Assembly (NCBI GenBank): GCA_002269645.1
Contig: NIVC01002741.1
Coordinates: 80,050-144,049 of the forward strand
DNA: 64,000 nt
Origin: Macrostomum lignano
Lineage: Eukaryota
Direction: 5' to 3'
Under the pieces are notes generated by a model. It was not told where the DNA came from. It saw only the letters and a program-made list of their open reading frames with translations, and made no database searches. The translations under genes were made by a program, and so were the position numbers. Below, piece by piece: positions 25,011-37,800 of the stretch (within the stretch, counting starts at the first letter, position 1; the number at the start of each line of letters is the position of its first letter).

Positions 25011-25789
25011 ATATTGTATAAATATACGATATATTTTGCGTGTACAAATTTGAGCCCCCAAACCCAGAGGCCTCGCAATTGATAATTGCATTTGAGCGCA
25101 ACTCTCTCCCTGCCCCAGCAGTGTACATAGCTGTCCATTTTCAATTGGCCCCCGGCCTACAATGTTCATATGACATACTATGATACTAACTGAATGCTGT
25201 GCTTTTCATTTTTACAATTAAAGCAAACAACTTATATCCCTGAACTCAGCGTTGCAAGATCTTTCTAGCAATATAAGTCTCTCCTCTCAAAGTTCAAAAA
25301 TTGAGCAACAGTTAGCATTTGAAACTTTCTGATTTAAAGCATTGAACTATTGAGTGTACGTTCACTGCCTGCTAAAAAGGCTCGCAAGTTAATGCATTGA
25401 ATTTCACTATCTGCCAGTTAGCTAGGGTCCAAGTGTACCCACGCCGCCACTGAGAATGCAACCATCCCCCCACTGGAGGGAAAATACACTGCCAAGATAG
25501 CAAAATTTTATGGTGCAATCACTAAAATTCTCTCCCCGACCATTGCCAAAGCTAAATTTTGATACCGCCTTGCAGCCAGGGGTATACACACCATTGCACA
25601 TTGCCAAGTGAGCCAACAAACCCCCATTCCTTTCTGCACACAAATCAGCCTAGTTAAATGAAATACACTAGAGAGATAGGCTAGATTGCTAATGCAACCT
25701 CAATCAAGTCAGCCAAATTGGCAGTCAGGAAGCCTTTTTTTCCAACTGAGCACGGAAATTCCGTGAACAAAAAGCAGTTTTTTGCAAAT

Positions 25790-25960
25790 TAAACATCCTT
25801 TGCATTATCAGAAATTTTAGCAAAATCTGCCACATCACCGCCGGAAAATTTGCAAGCTAACAGTGCAAGTCCTGTGAAGATTGGTCTTGTGGTTCATTCT
25901 AAAACGTGAACTTTACAAACAGACAGACAGACAGACATAGTCAACTTTAGTTATATAGAC
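25790..25960 (+). mobile_element. Possible 3' end of a non-autonomous Helitron-like (DINE-1/Lep1-style) element
   Basis: (ACAG)n run followed by ..CAACTTTAGTTATATAGA, an arrangement recalling invertebrate non-autonomous Helitron ends; no 5' end identified. Confidence 0.25.
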
Positions 25961-28836
25961 TTCCCAATTTAAAATTGTCTAGATTTGTATTTGCTTTACA
26001 CCTAGTATTAGTATTAAAGTTAGCTTATATATTTACATACTTAGCATAGTATCCCACTTAGTTTTCTAGATTTGCTCCCATTCTATACCCCAGATCATAT
26101 AGTAGACCCTTTTATGCCCAAAAATTTAGGTGTGCATAGGTCTTGTATAGTTCCAATTGGCATGCATCATTTTTAAGAAAATAGTATCTGTGCACACTTG
26201 GTATGCACTTAAGAGAATCAAAGGGAAGAGTTATTGTAAATCTTTAGATGGATGATTTTTTGCTATAAATAGTATTAGGCCCTACCAAAAAAGCATTAAA
26301 ATCAACTACATTATTTACCAAAAAGGTTCCATTATGCAATAAAAAGGTCATTTATTGTTATAGCATAAAAAAGGTCAATTATTGTTGCAACACTAGTATA
26401 GTTTTTAGAATAGGCGTGCACTTAATTTTTATGGCATGTGTTTTAAATTATTCAGTTTTGTTTGGGTATACACCCAGCATGATCTGGACTATGGCTCCCA
26501 TTAAGAGTGTTAATTAAATGTTGTTATAAGGGTGATTCCATATAAGCGTGGTTGGAACAATTCTAGAAGAAATGAAATAGAACTCAAAGTCATACCATTA
26601 TAGAAAGTCAAGTTTGACTTTAAAAGAACAATCAACATATAATACTTTATTATTTTGCAAATTATAGGTGCAAATACATTTTTAATGCATTTAACAACAT
26701 GATAAAAAAAGTGCTGTGGTCGTAACAATAGAAAAATAGAAAAACAGGTTTTTAAAGTTTAACTAAAAATTTCTATGCACATAGTATATGCCAAACAATG
26801 AAACTTCTACAAAAAGATGTTAACATCTGTGGAACCTTTTTGAGTGCAATATTTTAATGATTTGAGAAATTGTCTAATGGAGAAGTTGCTTATCTAACTT
26901 TGCTTGTGTGCTAGTTGTAACTGTTGTGGTCGTAACATATTTTTTTCTGTCAATTCGTTAACTTTGAAGTACCAATATTATAAAAATATAATAGATTATA
27001 TGGTGGCTAATGTTTTTATCTGATTATGCAAGTATTATAATTTTATCTATAGTTTGTTTCAACCTTCCAAAGCTTTCCTTTTGTTTTTAAAAGGTACACA
27101 AAATTAATGATGTTTTCTGCTTAGAAAAATGTCCAAATTTTTACAAAAATGACTTTTTGCAAATTGATAACATACTAATCTAACATTTTACCATTCAATT
27201 ATTCTTAGATTGTATATATTGCATATTTAAAACATTTCGCAAAAAAATTGGCTGATAAGGCAATGGCAAGCAAAAATATGAGCCATAATGTTTTTTAAGA
27301 ATTTAATATATATATTTTATCTTTGCTTTGGTATATATATTATATAGATTATGTAGATAGAAAGAATATCTTTAAAAAAATAGTAAAAATATCATAGAGA
27401 AACATAGGTCATATAAAGTTTAAATAGGCATAAGCAGTTTATCTCTTAGTTCTAATAATGAATAGTTTTTTACACATGATACATCATCTTAACTATATGA
27501 TACTTGATTGGTCATTTCAAGATGTTTTATTTATTACAAATGTTATATTGATTGTTTTTAGTTCCATTTACTTAAGTTTTTAATGTTTATCATTTCAATT
27601 CAAGTTTTTAGATGCAAATTAGATATTTCTATAAAGTTATAAGATCATATAAAAAATTAAGATATTTAGGATGCAAATAGATATCAATTGTTTAGAACTA
27701 TAAGTGTAATAATACATTGTTTATATGCTAGAAGAATTTATAATATTTTAATTGAAATAGTTTTCTATAATTCTAAACAATTTGTATATTCATATCATAT
27801 ATATAATATATTTCCTGTTGCAAAAAAAACTAGACATGTTGTTCTTTTACCATGAAAATAAAAATTGCAATAATTTTGTACTGAAACAAATAAAAGCAAA
27901 AATATTAAGCAAGCCTAGTTAGTATGCTAACTATTGCAAGTGAGAACATTAATTTCAATTTAGAGTATTTTTAGTTTCCAATTTGGTGGCTGAAATAAAA
28001 ATAGATTGATCATTTATAACTAAATGAAAAATTGTAGTTTAAGTAGTGATACTGACCTTTTTGGAACAATAATGTATGTCAAGTTTTTGGAACACCCAGT
28101 ATATAATACTTAACTGACCTACCAAACCTATCTAGGTGACAAGGTAGCCAAGGTAGGTATATTGTTAAACAAATCAACATGGTATCAATGATTAATAAGG
28201 TAAATAGAAAAAGTATAAAGTAAGTTCAAATAAAAAAGAAAAATATAAAAATGCTTTAAAGAAACACTAACACAAGTGATTAAAACCAAACAAATAAAAA
28301 GAAAACATTTAACTTGTATACAAGGCAAAGCAATGTTAGAAAAGGCTCTTTAGATATAAATACAAGTACAAACATTCATATGTTCATTTTCTTGAAAACT
28401 ACCATATTGTATTGGCCATGTAAAATTCAGGTTGTAAGTGTATAGATAAGTTTAAAAAACAACTTAGTTATAGAATTGACTCAGCTTAGCATTGTTTTCA
28501 CCTTGGCTATTGTCCCTGATAAGTAAAAATCCCTTATCACTTTTGAGCATTGTTGAACAGCCTATATGCTTGTAGATAATGCTGTATCAGTTTGGTTTAG
28601 TTGACATCCTTTATTGCCCCTTATTATATCAATCTGTTTACTGTTGCAAACATGGCAGTTCACTAACCCTACATTGCTACAGTTTCTGCACACTTTTTTA
28701 ATTTGCATGTCCACGCATCAAAGTGCCGACCGCCGCCCTTAGCTGCGCGCGAAGACTTCGGCCAACCGCATTGATTTATTGAGGGCACTGAGTGCACAGA
28801 TCAGACCCGAGCGGCGGCCATAGCCGAGTGCCAGCA

Positions 28837-31800
28837 ATGAAACCAAATGGCGGGCCTGGTGGGCCAGCAGACTGGAGCAGCCAGATCCGGGAGGTCACGG
28901 TGTCTGCCCAGATCACCGACAGCCACCTGGTGCTGGACCTGGCCGGCGGGGCGGACAGCGGCCGGTTCTGCCTGCTGAACAGCGTGGACGAGAAGCGGTG
29001 CGTGCTGTGGCTCGGCAGCCTGCAGCCCAACAGCGTGGTGCTGGAGATCCATGGCCACAAAGTCAGCGGTTTCACCCTGCGCGATGTCCGCGAGCTGGTG
29101 GAGAAGCTCAGCAGGAACGGGTCGCCAATCATGGTGAAGACTGTGCCAGCCGCCTGTCTGCCAACTGAGCTGCGCGATTTTCTTGGCGCCAAATTCCGGG
29201 TCGACAGCGCGGACTACGCCTTGCAGAACACTATTAGAGAGAATCTCTACCTGCGCACTGTGCCCGTGACCACCAGGAAGAAGAGGGAGCACGAGATTGA
29301 TGGCGTGGACTATCAGTTCCTCACTGTTGAGCAGTTCCTGGAGATGGAGCGGTCCGGGCAGCTGCTGGAGAGCGGGCTGTACGAGGGGAACAGGTGGGTA
29401 CCGTGCGGTGGGGATCAGTCATCGAGGATTAATAGACAGGGTAATGTTCACCCATCTATCCATGCTCCGGGGGTAATGTTTACCCATCTATCCATGCTCC
29501 GGGGGTAATGTTTACCCATCTATCCATGCTCCGGGGGTAATGTTCACCCATCAATTCATGCTCCGGGGGTAATGTTCACCCATCAATCCATGCTCCGGGG
29601 GTAATGTTCATCCATCAATCCATGCTCCGGGGGTAATGTTCACCATCTATTCATGCTCCGGGGGTAATTTTCACTTATCAATTCATGCTCCGGGGGTAAT
29701 GTTCACCCATTCGCAGGTACGGCACGCCCAAGCCGTCCGCGGATGCCACCGGGCTGTTCCGCGGAGGCGATCTGGACGGAGACGTAGATGGCAGCGGCGG
29801 AGGCGGGCGGGGCATCGCGCCAGACGGTTCTATCCGCAGGCTGAGGTCGCAGTCCAGCAGCGAGGCTGTTGAAGCGGCCTCGGTGCCAGGAGGAGCCGCA
29901 GGCGGTGGTGGAGACAGCGCGGAGGACGAGGTGCTGCCAGACGGGTGGGAGAAAGTTGTGGACCCAAAGTACGGAGTGTTCTATATCGAGTGAGTCATCC
30001 TTCCGTTACTATTTGTGTTGTTTTCGCTGTTGCTGTGTGTGTTGTTATTGTTGTTGATTTTACTGTTATTGCTGTTGATTCCCAGGGCCCCAGGCTGAGG
30101 CCAGTGTTCAGAATAAGATCTGTTTGGCTTATGCAAAGTGTCGCAGTATTTGAACTTGATAAGATAAGTCAGAGTTTGGAGCTCTGGTCACGTGTGTGGC
30201 ATGCTCGTCTAGATAAAATAAATATTCACGCGTTTGCATTTTATCTCACTAAACCTGAGGATGCGTATTAATATTTGTTATCAGTGCATTTTATGCTTAT
30301 GCAATTATGCCTACATGGCTGAATCGGCTATGTGGTATGCGTATTTTAGTATATCGGACTGGCATCTCAGCAACCCCTCCCGTGAGCCTTGGCATCTCAG
30401 CAACCCCTCCCGTGGGCATTGGCATCTCAGCAATTCCTCCCATGAGCCTTGGCATCTCAGCAACCCCTCCCGTGGGCCTTGGCATCTCAGCAACCCCTCC
30501 CATGAGCCTTGGCATCTCAGCAACCCCTCCCGTGAGCCTTGGCATCTCAGCAATTCCTCCCATGAGCCTTGGCATCTCAGCAACCCCTCCCGTGGGCCTT
30601 GGCATCTCAGCAACCCCTCCCATGAGCCTTGGCATCTCAGCAACCCCTCCCGTGGGCATTGGCATCTCAGCAATTCCTCCCATGAGCCTTGGCATCTCAG
30701 CAACCCCTCCTGTGGGCCTTGGCATCTCAGCAACCCCTCCCGTGGGCCTTGGCATCTCAGCAATTCCTCCTGTGGGCATTGGTATCTCAGCAACCCCTCC
30801 TGTGGGCATTGGCATCTCAGCAACCCCTCCTGTGGGCATTGGCATCTCAGCAACCCCTCCTGTGGGCATTGGCATCTCAGCAACCCCTCCTGTGGGCATT
30901 GGCATCTCAGCAACCCCTCCTGTGGGCATTGGCATCTCAGCAACCCCTCCTGTGGGCATTGGCATCTCAGCAACCCCTCCTGTGGGCATTGGCATCTCAG
31001 CAACCCCTCCTGTGGGCATTGGCATCTCAGCAACCCCTCCTGTGGGCATTGGCATCTCAGCAACCCCTCCTGTGGGCATTGGCATCTCAGCAACCCCTCC
31101 TGTGGGCATTGGCATCTCAGCAACCCCTCCTGTGGGCATTGGCATCTCAGCAACCCCTCCTGTGGGCATTGGCATCTCAGCAATTCCTCCTGTGGGCATT
31201 GGCATCTCAGCAATTCTGTGCCAGGGGCAGCAAGATGAGCAGCTGAGCTGCTGGATTTCGACTGAATAAGAGAACACGAGTCCTAGGTTCGAGTCCCGGA
31301 CATTGTGCACGCTTTTTTATTGAAAGCTTCTAGTAATTGTTGATTGTTGCCAGTAGCAACACGCTGTCATGAACTGCCTGACCTCCGCAGTGCCTCGCCA
31401 GACCAGTCAAATTATTCGCTAAGAAATTCTTGGTAAGCTGGGCTGGCTATTCAGAGGCCACAGGAGGAGAAATTATTTGTATTATTGCAGCTGCAATTGA
31501 GTAGGTTTTAAACTAACCATATTATTACTGTTTTTATTGAAAACTATTTTGTTGAAATATTAATTTTAGTTGCAGCATATCTGCCACTCGCTTTGGGAAA
31601 AAATAGAGTACAAAAATCTTAAGCGCTTCGGTTTTTATGTACTTTTAATTTTGCTGATATGTTGAGAAAATACGCTTTTTAAAGCTAGGTTTTAAATGTC
31701 CGTCTCGCAGTGACTCAATAAACATGAATTCAAGAATGACAAGAACGACTTAAGCAGATGGTTGGGAAACGTCGTTTCTTAGAAAGCATTTTAAAGGCTG

Positions 31801-34800
31801 GCATGCACTGTTTACATAGAAATGATATTTAAATTTGATAGCCCCAAAAAGAATTTTATATTTGCATGCAAAGCCGGCCGTCCAGAATGTTTTATAGGAA
31901 ACGAAATCGCCCGTCCCTCTGCTTAAATCGGCCTTGCGTGCATTTGCTACAAGGCGGTTCAGTATACAAATGCTTTCTTACCGATGTACCACTGCGCACA
32001 CACTGGGTCGGATTCGCACCTGTATTTATAGGCCTGTGCGCTCCGCCCGGGGCCACCGACTGTCTGCGTGAACAAGTCAGCTTGCTAATACATATTCATT
32101 GAGTTTTTATGCCAACTTAGGCGACTCTGGGGCCATCGGTTTGGAATTGATTACGCACTGCTATTTTACACACTGTTTTTTAGCGTCTAGTTTGTACTTT
32201 ATTGCCTAACTTCGGCTTTCACTTCCTGACTGCAGCCACATCAACAAGAAGACTCAGTACGAGAGGCCCAGCGTGGCAACTCCTGCTGCTCAGGGCCTGC
32301 CGCAGTCCCGGTCTTTCACTAACGGCCTGGCGCAGCACGCTGTGGCCGCCAGTCAGAGACCGGCTGGGACCGCCTCTGCCACTGGTGAGGGCCATTTTGG
32401 GGTGTACCAGTGCCATGATTGGGTGTACCAGTGCCATGATTGGGTGTACCAGTGCCATGATTGAGTGTACTAGTGCCATGATTGAGTGTACTAGTGCCAT
32501 GATTGAGTGTACTAGTGCCATGATTGGGTGTACTAGTGCCATGATTGGGTGTACTAGTGCCATGATTGGGTGTACCAGTGCCATGATTGGGTGTACCAGT
32601 GCCATGATTGGGTGTACCAGTGCCATGATTGAGTGTACTAGTGCCATGATTGAGTGTACTAGTGCCATGATTGAGTGTACTAGTGCCATGATTGGGTGTA
32701 CTAGTGCCATGATTGGGTGTACTAGTGCCATGATTGAGTGTACTAGTGCCATGACTGAGTGTACTAGTGCCATGATTGGGTGTACTAGTGCCATGATTGA
32801 GTGTACTAGTGCCATGATTGAGTGTACTAGTGCCATGATTGAGTGTACTAGTGCCATGATTGAGTGTACTAGTGCCATGATTGAGTGTACTAGTGCCATG
32901 ATTGAGTGTACTAGTGCCATGATTGGGTGTACTAGTGCCATGATTGGGTGTACTAGTGCCATGATTGAGTGTACTAGTGCCATGATTGGGTGTACCAGTG
33001 CCATGATTGGGTGTACTAGTGCCATGATTGGGTGTACTAGTGCCATGATTGGGTGTACTAGTGCCATGATTGAGTGTACTAGTGCCATGACTGAGTGTAC
33101 TAGTGCCATGATTGGGTGTACTAGTGCCATGATTGAGTGTACTAGTGCCATGATTGAGTGTACTAGTGCCATGATTGAGTGTACTAGTGCCATGATTGGG
33201 TGTACTAGTGCCATGACTGGGTGTACTAGTGCTATGATTGAGTGTACTAGTGCCATGATTGAGTGTACTAGTGCCATGACTGGGTGTACTAGTGCCATGA
33301 TTGAGTGTACTAGTGCCATGATTGAGTGTACTAGTGCCATGATTGGGTGTACTAGTGCCATGATTGGGTGTACTAGTGCCATGATTGGGTGAACTAGTGC
33401 CATGATTGAGTGTACTAGTGCCATGATTGAGTGTACTAGTGCTATGATTGAGTGTACTAGTGCCATGATTGAGTGTACTAGTGCCATGACTGGGTGTACT
33501 AGTGCTATGATTGAGTGTACTAGTGCCATGATTGAGTGTACTAGTGCCATGACTGGGTGTACTAGTGCCATGATTGAGTGTACTAGTGCCATGATTGGGT
33601 GTACTAGTGCTATGATTGGGTGTACTAGTGCCATGATTGAGTGTACTAGTGCCATGATTGGGTGTACTAGTGCCATGATTGAGTGTACTAGTGCCATGAT
33701 TGGGTGTACTAGTGCTATGATTGGGTGTACTAGTGCCATGATTGAGTGTACTAGTGCCATGATTGGGTGTACTAGTGCTATGATTGGGTGTACTAGTGCC
33801 ATGATTGAGTGTACTAGTGCCATGATTGGGTGTACTAGTGCTATGATTGGGTGTACTAGTGCCATGATTGGGTGTACTAGTGCCATGATTGGGTGTACTA
33901 GTGCCATGATTGGCCATTATTGGGCTGAGACAAAGCCCATTCCTAATTAAGCGGCATTACTCAACAATGATTGCGTTAAACAAAGTATAAGACACTCAAT
34001 CGTTCAGTCATCTCCATAAGATGAAGCCTTACTGAGAGGCAGACTAAGCCGAATATTACACAGCTTCATCTGCTCTGCTTGTTGGCCGCCCTTTGCGATG
34101 CCCAATTTCAGTTTTATTGCCAACTGTCTCTCCCCCAGGGGTTCGGGTTGTAAATTCTTCTTAACTGCACAGCCTCCGGCTTCGATTTATTATTATAGAG
34201 ATGAAGCTGGTCTCTGGGTGGTTTTTAGTGTGTGGGTTATTATGGTTGTAGTTATGGTCGAACCAGGTTGGTCTTGTCGTTATTTACAATCAAAGCGACC
34301 TAGAGTGTAAAAGATACCAACTGAAACCAGATGAAGACCATTCGATCCGCGAAAAAAATCCATTAATAAGTTACGCAGGTACACGAAATTCAATAACACT
34401 GATCAGCGCTTTTTACGCACCTTCTCAAACAAGAATCATCAAGTGGCCAGCCCTTCGGACCGTCGGGATATTCAACGATGTGTTCAAAGCCAACGATGCA
34501 TCATCTGCAGGATATCCTCTATTAGCCTCTCAACCTCTCAGTCAACATGCTTTCTGGCTTTGAAAAAGCTTCATTATTCGGAAACAGAGCTCCAAAGTCG
34601 ATTGGTGCCACTTTTTGAAGGTACCGACGGTGTCGGGGAGATACCTGATTACTTGTCGAGGATTTCGAGTAGTTGAGCTTTTCCTACTGCGAAGGCTTGC
34701 TCTGCAAAACTCTCGACAGAGTTATGGTTAGTCACTGGGTGCTAACTGTTGAAGTTCCAGAAGCTACTCCTAGGTAAAGACCAGTGGCTGCCGAAGTCAG

Positions 34801-37800
34801 CTGATGCAGACATGCGATTGATGAGCTGATGAATTTTGAAGGCTTGCTCGGTGCCATTCGCGACAGGGTGTCCATAGTCACTGGGTGCTTTGTCCACAAT
34901 AAGCTGGACTGAAATCTGGGTAGGGCGAAAATATGTGGCAAATTTAGATTGATGCTGACCTTTTTGTTCTCTCTCTCTGGGTTATGGGAATTCGCGCACC
35001 AAGTTTGCCCCTGTCTGGTTTGTTTGTTTGCCCGTTACCTTCGTCTGTGGGCCAGGAATGCGGTAGGAAGACGGGCTGCCGGCCTTGGCAGCCTCTAATC
35101 TCTCTAATCGGATTGTCAAACTGGCGTTTCCTGGGCCAACAAGCCGGCAACTCTGTGTACATTAGGCTTTTAAAAGTACATTAGGAAAGTTTTTATTGTC
35201 GGTTGGATTAGAGATCTAAACAATTACGAGGTCATTTGACCCCTCCTCAGGGTTCCGAGGTCATCTGACACCCCATCCAGGGTTCTGAGGTCATCTGAAA
35301 CCCTATCCAAGGTTTTGGAGGTCATCTGACACCCTATCCAAGGTTTTGAAGTCATCTGACACCCTATCCAAGGTTTTGAGGTCATCTGACACCCTATCCA
35401 AGGTTTTGAGGTCATCTGACACCTTATCCAAGGTTCCGAGGTCATCTGACACCCCATCCAGGGTTCTGAGGTCATCTGAAACCCTATTCAGGTTTCTGAG
35501 GTCGTCTGACACCCTATCCAAGGTTTTGAGGTCATCTGACACCCTATCCAAGGTTCTGAGGTCATCTGACACCCTATCCAAGCTTTTGAGGTCATCTGAC
35601 ACCCTATCCAAGGTTTTGAGGTCATCTGACACCCTATCCAAGGTTTTGAGGTCATCTGACACCCTATCCAAGGTTTTGAGGTCATCTGACACCCTATCAA
35701 AGGTTTTGAGGTCATCTGACACCCTATCCAAGGTTCTGAGGTCATCTGACACCCTATCCAAGGTTTTGAGGTCATCTGACACCCTATCCAAGGTTCTGAG
35801 GTCATCTGACACCCTATCCAAGGTTCTGAGGTCATCTGACACCCTATCAAAGGTTTTGAGGTCATCTGACACCCTATCAAAGGCTCTGAGGTCATCTGAC
35901 ACTTCATCCAGGGTTCTTAGTCATTTGACACCCCATCCGGGATTCTGTGGTCATCTGACACCCCATCCAGGATTCTGTGGTCTGGTGGTCATCTGACACC
36001 CCATCCAGGATTCTGTGGTCATCTGATACCTCAGAGCTCCAAGGGCACCTGAACCCCCGGAGTTCTAAGGTTATATGACCATCCATATATCTGAGGTCAT
36101 TCGTCCCCATAACTCAGAGCGCCAAGTTCATCTGAGGTCACCTAACTTAGCGAGTATGGGCAGTCAACTGATTAGTTATTTTTTTAACAGAAAACAACTA
36201 TATCAGGATTAGCTATATTGTTCTCCGCTGTTAAAACCATTAGTTGGCTACTGACAGTAGTCAAATCATGCCATGCAAATATGTCTTCAATGCTTGCAGC
36301 CTCGTCTAACCCGGCAGCATCGGGCAGGTCGATCCAGTTCCGCGGCATCCGCCAGGACCCGGGCATGTTCACCGCCAACCCCAGCCGCCTGGCCGGGGAG
36401 CTGCTGACGGTCCGGCTGGTTAAGTCGCCCGGCGGCCTCGGCATCACCATCGTGGGCGGCGGCGACCGCGCCAAGCCCGAGTTCCTGCAGGTCGCTTGGG
36501 CTGCCTGTTGCTGGGGGATGTTGCAGTCGCTTTTATCCCTTACTGTATTTTCATCGCATGGCTTGGTCACCCTTCGTCTGCATTTCATCCCATATCCCTA
36601 TCATTTGTATTGATCCCAATTATCCCAATTATCCCAATCATCATTGATCCCGTATTATCCCAGTCATTAATAATCCCAATTATCCCAATCATCAATAATC
36701 CCAATTATCCAAATCATCAATGATCTCAATCATCCCAATTATCCCAATCACCATTGATCCCATTTTATCCCAATCATCATTGATCCCAATTATCCCAATA
36801 ATAATTAATACCAATTATCCCAATCATCATTGATCCCATTTTATCCCAGTCATCATTGATCCCAATTATCCCAATAATAATTAATACCAATTATCCCAAT
36901 CATCATTGATCCCATTTTATCCCAGTCATCATTGATCCCAATTTATCCTAACTGTCATTGATCCTAATTATCCCAATTATCATTGACCCCAATTATCCCA
37001 ATCATTCCTCGTATTTAATCCCAATTATCCCTTCTGTCATTGATTCGCATCATCCCAACCGTCACTACTCCCCAACCTGCAGGTGAAGTCGCTAGTACCG
37101 GGCGGGCCAGCAGCCGAGGACGGGCGGCTGCAGAGCGGAGACGTGCTGGTGTACGTGAACGAGCAGCTGGTGCTGGGCGGCACTCACGAGGACTTGATCA
37201 GCCTGTTCCGGCAGATCGAGCCGGGCCAGCTGGTGACCCTGACGGTGAGCACCGGCTACCGCCTGCCCGTGAGCGCCAGCGACCCCCGGGCCGAGGTCAT
37301 CACGAAGGTGGCGGCGGCCCTGGACACCAACGGCGCCAGGTCGCAGCGCAGCTCGCACTCGGGCAGCTCCGGCCTCGGCAGTCCCGGACAGGCGGGTGCG
37401 GCTCTGGCCGGCATGTCCGGGATGTCCCTCGGCCGGGCAGAGCTGATCAAGGCGGTGATCAACCGCAGCGTGGCCGGGTTCGGCTTCACCATCGCCGACT
37501 CGCCTCAGGGCCAGCGGGTCCGACAGATTGTTGATGAGAGCCGCTGCCGCGGTCTACAGGTGAGGGCTGGACTGGCAACAGGCCCTGAAAAATCCCACGA
37601 TATCCCCTAGGCCCTGCAAAATCCCACGATATCCCCTAGGCCCTGCAAAATCCCATGATATCCCCTAGGCCCTGCAAAATCCCACGATATCCCCTAGGCC
37701 CTGCAAAATCCCACGATATCCCCTAGGCCCTGCAAAATCCCACGATATCCCCTAGGCCCTGCAAAATCCCATGATATCCCCTAGGCCCTGCAAAATCCCA

